The translations under genes were made by a program, and so were the position numbers. The notes below the pieces were generated by a model that worked only from the letters and a program-made list of their open reading frames with translations, did no database searches and was not told the DNA's origin. From Azolla caroliniana (taxonomy: Eukaryota > Plantae > Polypodiophyta): a stretch of DNA of 64,000 nucleotides. Below are positions 51,501 to 60,565 of the stretch, one piece after another; within the stretch, counting starts at the first letter, position 1; each line of letters opens with the position of its first letter. The stretch spans positions 19,592,001 through 19,656,000 of the forward strand of contig JBHGNT010000007.1 of assembly GCA_043228905.1 (NCBI GenBank), in the 5' to 3' direction.

Positions 51501-51792
51501 GGACCAGGTTATATTTATTAATATGCGGATTAAGGCTTTGTGGGAGTGCCCAGACCAGGATGAGGATGTCGGTGCAAAGAACCTCGCTAATACAGAAAGG
51601 TTTCAACCTGCTTCGTGAGAGCCTATTCCTCCGTTAGCCGGCGAACCAGGGGAGCTAATAGAGCTTGATGATGAGCTTATAGAAGATATTTCATTGGCTC
51701 AGCTAACAGGGGAAGCCAATGCACGTATAGCCGAAGAGAGTTCTACACAAGATGATGAAGAAAATGACGTTGATGAATTGATTGCTATGTAA
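48560..51792 (+). pseudogene. Spliced gene for a ParB-like domain fused to a beta-class N6-adenine/N4-cytosine DNA methyltransferase, inactivated by point stops and a frameshift
   Basis: Proposed exons 48560-50202, 50279-50417, 50501-50967, 51056-51348 and 51440-51792; GT..AG introns keep the frame. ParB-like: VPFIVMV...YFVIGGSHSAKARRQL...EEAKLLAWDHN...MSSIE. MTase: VVCGDVVDLI...LMIADIPYG (motif IV), LAWIK, NPYQKPQRLMMCLIEMFSIEGDWILDLFSGIGTTSTCALKLFRNIVALEKE (motifs X/I/II). The first exon was not located. Confidence 0.88.
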
Positions 51793-54700
51793 TAGACTCT
51801 ATGAAGAAAATGACACTGACGATTTGTTAGGATTTCACATTATTAATACAAATTTTGGGTTTTACCTAGTGGATTCTATTCTTTATAATCTTCTATATGT
51901 TTCAATTTTATTTTTATATACTTGGTTAGTAGATTTATGACATTGGTTTCACCGCGTGCATAGCTAACTACCAAATGTATGGAGAAACATGAATTAGTTT
52001 AAATTGAGGTTGATTTTGGTCCAAGCTAACCTTAATAGAACATGGCCCCAAAATTGTTGCCATGACTGTCCATGTTGTTATTATGGATCTTTGTCTTCTA
52101 TTGTTAAAACTATTATGTTTCTATTCCTTTGCTGCTTAGATTGTGTAGTGTGTTGATAATGGTTCCAGTTGCGTTATCGTTTGGAGTTTGATCCTGTGTG
52201 AATCACCTAAGCAATACAGTAGATCAATTTTTAAATACAGGTATGAAAGCTTAATAGGTTTGTTATTTCCACGACATTATCCTAAAGTTCACTGCCTTAC
52301 ATTGTCCACAATTATATACATATGGTTTGATCCCATATGAACAAACTGAGGAATAGATTAGTTCAACTTTAAATACAAGTATTGAATACTTTAATAAGTT
52401 AGTTATTCCAAGCACTTATCCTAATGTGCACTATCCTACATTTTCCACAATTACATACATGCACGTATGGGTCAAAGTATAAATTATAACTCATTTTATT
52501 AGTATGGATACAAGTGCACCTGATATTTTTGTAAAACTTACCTAATTAATATAAGTCTTTAAGTTAGTGTTTCCCTTGTCGCACAGTAGTGACATATTGA
52601 GCCATTGTTGAACTTTATTATGCCTACATTAACTTATCAACGCGTCTAAACTTGCATGATTTCTAATGATCTCCACTCGTAGACCTATCATGTATTTTTA
52701 TATTTGCAAATTCTCATCAAGTTGAGGAACATGTGATACTAGTGCATCCAATTTTTGTAGAGAGGGTGTATTTGCTTCGTTTTAAGAAGATTCTACAAGT
52801 GGAATGCGCAATCCTTCCACTTGTGAACGCGAACGTGTTATATCGGTTGCAATCTTCATCTTCTTGGTTGATAACCCATCCAATTCCGATTGGACTAGTA
52901 TCCACGGTCACGAAAATGGGCTTGCCGTATGAATAGTCCGCTTTCCGTAATGCAGGTGCCTCCATTAATAATTTCTTCAACCTTCGGATGGCGATTGTAT
53001 ACTCGCTCGTCAATTCGAACATCCGCTTCTTCTTTAGTAGACCATATGATGGCTCGGCAATGTGGGCGTAGTGTGGAATCCAAATATGATAAAACGCGCA
53101 TGCTCCAACGAACCTTCAAACCTTCGTTTGGGTTACACATTCTTCTTTCATGTCTTGGATTGCATTCACCTTGGATGGTGAAGGTTTCCGACCGTATGCT
53201 CCACACAAGTGACCTACCACCAAGATCTCCGGTTGCCCGAATGCGGATTTTTCTCCCGAAAATGTCAAATTCGCATCTTCGAGCCTTTGGAGCACCTTCT
53301 TGCAATCTTTCATATGATCCACGATGAACTTTCTACATCCGTCCTTCTCTTTTGATTCATCCTTCTCTTCATCCGAACATCCTTTTATCGGGATATCATC
53401 TAAGAATGGCATCGTGATATCTGGGATGCAACCCTTCAAGACCTTGTTCATGGCATTCACCATATGAGCCACCGAGTTCGTTGCGCCTTGAGGTAAGGTA
53501 CACATCCGCACCAACCCGATTGGAGTTCTCATGGTTGTAATGTCACGACTGTCGACCGCCAACTGGAATTGATCGTAGCCAGAGTAGATATTGCTGATGG
53601 AGTAGATGGACCGGCCCGCAAACGCCTCGGCAAATTCATCCACACTTAGACCGATTCTAGCATTCCGAATTATCACCTTGTTGACAGGTTGAAGATCTTG
53701 AATGAATCGCAACGATCCATTCTTCTTTGGCACCATGAACCAACTATTAGAATAAGGAGCGTTTGACGGTTCCAAAATTCCCATCCTCACCTTCTCCTTT
53801 AAGAGCTCGATCAGCTTCGGTAGGTGTGCTCTCGGAACCGGTATCGGTTTCAAATTCCAAGGAACATGCGGCATCGTGAAGATCACCATTGGTTCTACCA
53901 TCCTTGGAATCGCACATCCGATTTCTTGTGGGAAAAATGAGAAAGCCTTCTCATGTCTTTCAAGCATTTCGCGGAACATTTGCTCCTCTTCAGGAAGGAG
54001 GAAATCCTCCCTTCCAACTCGTAGCTTTCCCTTCGTCTCTTCAGTGAAGACGTGACCAATTGTATTTGGGTTCCTTAAGCTTGGATCTTTTGCAACTTCC
54101 TTCATCTTTTGCCAGCTATCTTCCGGTAGTGGAACTGCAACTGGCTTGATCTTCCTATCCATGAATTTATATTTTGTGTTGGCTTCGGCTTCCTCTATCA
54201 AGATGCCTCGATGATATTCATCGATGATAGTATACATGTTGACAGAGTTAACCGAAATCACATGTTGATGGTGAGGATAGCTCAAGTCCACGACTTCCTC
54301 GATTTCGCCGATGGTGTCGTTAAATGAGGCTTCCTCCAGAATACATGACACGAATTCTTCTTCTTCGATTATGCTTTCTCCTTTCAACACCTCCTCGAAG
54401 TCTTGTATCTGACACTTTTCCTTCTTGTTGAGTAGTCTTAGTTTTCATGCGCCGCTAGGTGTGACGCATGTTGCTTCTCCTTGCAATCCACGCACTCTGA
54501 TTCCTTGTGGGGACTTATGATTGCTCGGATTATTTGTGCCCCTTGGTTCAATAGTCCGCTTTAAAAATCCGAGGATTCGCCTCCAAGGCTATCTCAGTTC
54601 CTTTCATTATTAGCTCGCACCGTCAGGAATTGAACAGATCTTTTACTATCAAGACTCTTGACACGCGCGAAGGCTGCTCCACTATCGAACACCTTGGTCT

Positions 54701-57666
54701 CCATCCGGAACGATGTTATATACGGTTGTCCTAGGATGACAGGATGCGAAGCCGAGTCTTGCACGAAGAAGTGTTGATCAATCTCCACATCCCCGATCGT
54801 GACTTTAACATTGGGGCAAGCTCCGTACAAGTCCTCCATAGCCTTCGTCGCCGCTCGAATCTTCCATCCGTCATTTGTATTAATCGACCATCTTCCTTTT
54901 TTGTAGAACTCGGTCGACATGAGGTTGATCTCTGAGCCATGGTCAATCAAAGCGACCATGGTGTCTTTCTTCTCCCCGATCTTCACCGGCGTCTCCGTTG
55001 TCGCTCTTGCCCAATGAGGCCGAGAGTAATGGCTATCTGCCACCACTTCTTCTTCTTCCTCCTCTTCCGATCTTGCCATGGTTATGGCACTTGTTTTCAC
55101 CTCCTCTTCATCAGATTGTTGCCGCTTCCTTTTAATAAGGTCCACGATAGTATCATGGAACTCCTTCTTTGCGATCCCAAGTAGCTCTCTCAAGGTAAGG
55201 TCGACATGACTGTCTAAAACCCTCTCCTCAAGGACCTTCCGCAAGTTAGTTGTTTGTTCTATGTCTGACCTTAGCTTGTAAGTCGGTGCCGCTCATTCTT
55301 TTCCTTTCTTCATTGATTCTTCGACTTCCATCCGAGCAGGTTGGCTCGATCCACCGGGCTTCATGTTTGTTTCACCAATCTCTTTTCTTGGGATAGGTTG
55401 GGGTGGCCCTTCTTTCCCTCCGTTCCTCGTGTTAGGACGCTTTGGTGTGCCATCTTCTTCACCGGTTCTTTTCCTCTTCTCTTCGACAAGGGCTTCATAG
55501 GTGTCACACACAACCTCTGCAAAGCTTGTGTTTTTGTCAATTGGATCTGACCATCCGGTAGCTCGTCGCACGTTTTGGTCAGCAAGTTTTAGATCCTCCG
55601 AATTGATTTTGCCTTTTTCTTCGCACTCAAAGACCGTTGGCCAAAACCCAGCTCCTGGCTTGATCATTTTAAGATTCTCTTTTCCAACTCGTATCCCAGC
55701 CGAAGCGGCATAGTGCATAGCTTCCACATGCCTTGCATCTTCTTCTTCTACAATCTTTTTCAGCCCACCTCTTCCGAAGTTCACTCGTAGTGGCTTCCGG
55801 GTCTTGCTTGAGTGAATCATGCTGCCGTCCAAATAGATGACATTCTTGCGGATCGCATCTTGCAAGTCAGCACATTCCCTTCGTGAGTGTTCGAAGCTAT
55901 CGCACCACACACATCTATACGCTTCTTTTCCCTTGGGCCCGCGTCGACCTAAGTTGGCTAGCGATAACGCTTCGAACTTCTTGGAGAGCTCTTCGATTAT
56001 AGACTCCTCCATTGCTTTCTTGTTGAAATTGTTGATCGGCTTACTAGCTCAATCGTCGTAGGTGCCTTCTTCCACGATTGTGGATTCTTGACCTCAACTT
56101 CCTCTTGCCATTGTCACCGCTTATCAAAACGACTGCAAGCCTTCTTCACCGCCGCCCAATCCGCTACCAAGCCATTTGGTTGCGTTTCGTCCTCCAAGAA
56201 GCTGCCCAATTCTCGCCGATCTTTCGCATCCACTACCTTTAGGAATAGTAAGACTTTATCTCCGTCGAGAACTCGTTGCTCGACACTCGGAAGTTGGTTG
56301 TACTTCTGGTCGAATTCAGCATAAACTCCCGAAGCACACAGATTCGTCCCTTTCTTCTCGATCCAATTCATTAATGTATGCCGAGTCATCCGTGATGTGT
56401 CTTCAAGCATGTATTCAGTGAGAAGAGCCCTTTCGAACTCCGCCCAAGTTGCATGCTCATTTTGGATCTCCATCATGCACTCACGGATCCCGGGTTCTAC
56501 CACACACTTAAAGCTTGAAATTTGTTTTAGATCATGGACATCTCTTTGTTGCATCTCGTTCCGGTACGTAGCAAGGAAATTTGTGATGTTCTTGCCACCG
56601 AATCTTCCAACTGTCTCCACAGTTCGGTCAATAGCTTTGTCGACTAAAGCCTCCCGATCTCTCTCTTTCAACATGAATTCGACGACAGACACCATGCCTT
56701 TCGTCAATTCTTCTCCTTGAGTTCCACTTGTCGAAGCCATCTTCGTACTTGATATCCTCCTACTGCCTCGTTTCACGTCAGGTTCACCATAGATGTCGCG
56801 AAATTATGACGAGGATACATGAACGTTGAGGAAAGACCCCGGGGCCTTTGACTAGAGGATATTAAATTCGTGTATTTATGTACTAAGAATTAACTGAAAT
56901 GAGAAAGTTTAACAAATTTCATTAACAAGTAAAAAGAAAGATTACAATTAATCCCAAGATTGGGATTACAAAAAGTTTGCTAATGGAATGGCTAGGGTAA
57001 TAGATTAGAAGAAATGAGATATGGATTTAATTAGAATATTAGGGTTTTTAGCTTCAATTCGAAAATTAGGGTTTTTGAGTTGTATGGCTTTCATTAGGAA
57101 GTTAGGGTTTTCTTCAGAGATAGCTTCCTTCCCCCTCGTATGGAAATTAGGAATTATGATTGATAGCCCCCTTCTTGATTGATGGATTTTTCCTTATTCT
57201 CCTCCATACACTTGCATGTGTCCCACCTGGCGTTTACTTTAGTTTTCTTCACTTTACTTTCGTTTGTTGCATGATCTCCACCTTTTTGTTGCACACCTTC
57301 CACATCACCTTTACTTTTTGCATGCGGGTGAAAGTATGCGAGTGGAAACAATTAGCTATGTCCTTGACATAGCTAATTAGCTATGCAAAAAGCTACCATT
57401 GATAAATAGTCATTTTAGTAAAAAGCCATCATTAATAAATTAACTATGCAAAAAACTACCATTGAAAATACTAGAGTGTTTTAATTACATATGTAAATGA
57501 GTGCCATCAATGTGCAACATAAATTGATATGTGCACCATAAATTATATATCGAATTCCGAGGTCCATTATGCATGATCCTTTGCCACATCACGTAGGCCA
57601 TCTCTAGTTGAGTATTGTGGGTTAGTTGCTACCACTGTTGCTAAACCCTATCGAGTCCACCTACCA

Positions 57667-58290
57667 CCACTCTACACTCAGGGGCCACTACTGTGTTTTC
57701 CAAGCATCATCAAAGAGCTGCTCAATCTGACGGGGTTCTCTTCTCTGTGCCACTCTACACTCAGGGGCCGCTACTGTGCGTTCCAAGCATCATCAAAGAG
57801 TTGTTCAATTTGACAGGGTTCTCTTCTCTATGCCACTCTACACTCAGGGGCCGCCACTATGCATTCAAAGCATCATCAAGGAGCTATTCAATTTGACGGG
57901 GTTCTCTTCTCTGTGCCACTCTACACTCAGGGGTCGCTACTGTGCATTCCAAGCATCATCAAGGAGCTGTTCAATTTGACGGGGTTCTCTTCTCTGTGCC
58001 ACTCTACACTCAGGGGCCACTACTGTGCGTTCCAAGCATCATCAAAGAGTTGTTCAATCTGATAGGGTTCTCTTCTCTGTGCCACTCTACACTCAGGGGC
58101 CACTACTGTGCGTTCCAAGCATCATCAAAGTGTTGTTCAATCTGACGGGGTTCTCTTCTCTGTGCCACTCTACACTCAGGGGCCGCTACTGTGCGTTCCA
58201 AGCATCATCAAAGAGCTGTTCAATCTGACGGGGTTCTCTTCTCTATGCCACTCTACACTCAGGGGTCGCTACTGTGCGTTCCAAGCATCA
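57667..58290. repeat. 83-bp tandem repeat, ~7.5 copies
   Basis: Unit ccactctacactcaggggccrctactgtgcgttccaagcatcatcaaagagctgttcaatytgacggggttctcttctctgtg. It explains the six staggered ORFs 57693-58563. Confidence 0.95.
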
Positions 58291-59439
58291 TCGGTAACTG
58301 TTCAATTTGATGGGGTCCTCTCCTCCATTGTCATCATTCGACACTCAGTTGCTGCTACTGTCCAGTCCTGGATTGCTTCCACATTTCGATTTGACGGAGT
58401 TCACTCATCCAACGGCAACATTCTACACTCAGTTGTCGCCATTGGTCGGTCTTGGATAGCCTCCTCAACTGTTCGATCCAACGGAGTGAACTCCTCTATT
58501 GTTCGGTCTTGGATTGCAATAACTTTTCTGTCTATTGATTATCTTGTGTATTATTGTGTCTAATCTTGTGTATTGTGGAATATTTTTGTGTATTGTTGTT
58601 GCCCATAGCCATCTTAAGTACTTGTTTTTTTTTCTGGAAATTTAGGGTTTTAATATGTCCAGCCAAATGGAAGGGGAAGAAGGGTGTTTAGAATTACCCC
58701 TCAATGATCATAAGGATAGGGATGATGCTATCAGGACACAACAAGCCATACGAAACTATTGGGCAGAAAAAAAAAGGAAACATCGTCAATTGTTGAAGGA
58801 TAAGAAAGCCACACTCAGTAAAGGTAAGCCTGATAGTTTAGCTGAGAATGTAAGTAATGCGACTACCATCATAGAGAGAAAGGTTGTAGACTATTTCAAT
58901 GTTCAAACCAAGCACATCAGCAATGAAGAAAAGAAGGTAGTACTTTATGGAATATGTAATGATCCATCGATAAAGGACTTAGTTGATTGTGATGGTCTTA
59001 ATGCAAACATATCATCTATTTTAGTAAATAATCTTCATAATAGTTTCGTATCCATGAGCAGGTCAGAAGATGATCTTGTCTTAAAAAGGTCTAGTCTAAT
59101 GATGTTTGATGTTGATGATATAAACATCAGTGAGCTATCTTAGGTAATTGGTGTTAGTAGAAAAACAGTGTACAATACAATGAACCGTATAATTTCCTCG
59201 GGTGAAGGAACTAGTCTACTAAAGCTAACTACAAGATGTAAGCCAATGACACCCATAACATTTAAAATCAAGGATGTAATCACAATGTTTTGGTCTAATG
59301 AGAGTAGGGTTTCACCCAATAAAAAGGATTTATGCAGGAAATGTGTTGGAAGAAATCAATACGAGGAGCATCCCATTCATCTTCTTGATGTACCTCAGGT
59401 ATTTACATTTATCTCAACATTTGTTTTGACTCTACACGG

Positions 59440-60020
59440 AAAGTTAATTAGCTCAGTTAGCAGAAAAGCTAATTAGCTTATTAGTTACATTTACCTCAGT
59501 TAGCTACTAGGATAGCTACTACATAGGTAACTAGCTACTCTTAATAGCTACTACCATGATAGCTAATTAGCTATTCTCAATAGCTACTACCAGATAATTA
59601 GCTGTCCTGGTAGCTAGTTAGCTATCATGGTAGCTAGTTAGCTATTTCGTTATTACCAGCTAATTAGCTACTATGAAAGCTAATTAGCTACCATGATAAC
59701 TAATTAGCTTACTAGGATAGCTAATTAGCCACCATGATAGCTAATTAGCTACTAGACTAGCTGCTATTAGTTACTCGGAAAGCTAATTAGCTACCATGAT
59801 AGATAATTAGCTACCATGATAGCTAATTAGCTACTAGGACAACTAATTAGCCACCAGGATAGCTAATTAGCTACTAGACCAGCTAATTAGCTACCATGAT
59901 AGCTAATTAGCTACTAGACCAGCTAATTAGCTACTAGACTAGCTAATTAGCTAGCTAATAAGCTACTAGAATAGCTAATTAGCTACTAGGATAGTTAGCT
60001 AGTTACGAGAATAACTAATT
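59440..60020. repeat. Low-complexity array of the palindrome TAGCTAATTAGCTA
   Basis: Many TAGCTAATTAGCTA and AGCTAC units at ~20-bp spacing; the same palindrome occurs at 57370-57383. Confidence 0.9.
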
Positions 60021-60302
60021 CCCCTTTATTACGCAAGTCGATTTATTTATTAAGTTCAAACGAATGCATCCAACTATCAAAGTTCAACTATGAACATTCG
60101 AGTCTCTTAAGCCACACTTTGTGAGACGCTTAAAGGATCGATACACATGTTGTTGCATTTACCATGTACAGATGGGTTTTCTGAAGGACTCTGTTAATCT
60201 ACTACGTCACCATAGTGCATCCCTAACTAATACAGTTTGCACATGTGGGTGCCCAATCTGTCGATCAAGCCCACAAGAGGAGTGTAAATCATCTGAGCAC
60301 GT

Positions 60303-60565
60303 TGTTGTGAAGAATTTCGGCCAGAGGCGGAAACCGGGAACATTGGCTACGTCGGCGGGGTGCAGCGTGTGAACGCACCCATGTACATTTAGTGTGAAAA
60401 TCGAGGGCGCCTTTATGGCGCCGAAGAATAGTCAAGTTGGGGCAGACGATCCCATGTAAGGCGGGATTTGTCCCACATTGTAACGCATCCCTTTCCTTGT
60501 TCTATAAAAGGAAGGGAACGCCCTTTGTGAAAGGGTTGCCCATTTTGCATTAGAGGGTATATTGT
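60303..60565 (+). mobile_element. LTR fragment of the same family as the 31094/35338 LTRs, in opposite orientation
   Basis: TGTTGTGAAGAATTTCGGCCAGAGGCGGAAACCGGG... is the reverse complement of ~31645-31882, including the CCCACATTGTAACGCATCCCT...TTCTATAAAA block. Confidence 0.85.

Larger units (their letters stand above)
43978..52839. mobile_element. Complete Sola1-like DNA transposon (8,862 bp), 36-bp TIRs, ATAT TSD, carrying a ParB-methyltransferase gene
   Basis: Left TIR AACACGTTCGCGTTCACAAGTGGAAGGATCGCGCAT (43978-44013). The right TIR (52804-52839) is its reverse complement with 1 mismatch. ATAT at 43974-43977 and 52840-52843; excision restores the host RNase H frame CNRY-AIQFG. A 4-bp AWWT TSD fits Sola1, although a TA TSD with TAAC- termini is formally equivalent. 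Confidence 0.93.
42387..57325 (-). mobile_element. Ty3/gypsy retrotransposon with tRNA-Trp PBS, degenerate. LTR portions start at 42387 and 56794. The integrase is mostly deleted and the RNase H is interrupted by the DNA transposon 43978-52839.
   Basis: Homologous LTR blocks (TGTCGCGAAATTA...). PBS at 56772-56789; gag 56114..56776; zinc knuckle CVWCDSFEHSRREC; protease LIDHGSEIN; RT (FIQDLQPVN, LPQGATNS, PFLDDI); RNase H (VDTSPIGIGW ... YAQVKRELWG). Confidence 0.92.
57326..60302 (+). mobile_element. Sola2/Sola3-like DNA transposon remnant (5' part of transposase with an intron at about 59399-60037), truncated by LTR insertion
   Basis: ORFs 58655..59143 and 59168..59476 (FWSNESRVSPNKKDL...HPIHLLDVPQ then GT). 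It resumes near 60038 with FESLKPHFVRRLKDRYTCCCIYHVQM, a CxCxxH motif seen in Sola-type transposases. The subfamily is uncertain. Confidence 0.6.

Noticed and set aside
48560-51792. Bacterial contamination or recent HGT contig
   Set aside because: The gene has spliceosomal introns and lies within TIRs and a TSD inside a plant retrotransposon.
57693-58563. Family of six small paralogous proteins
   Set aside because: Artefact of the 83-bp tandem repeat shifting frame with each unit.
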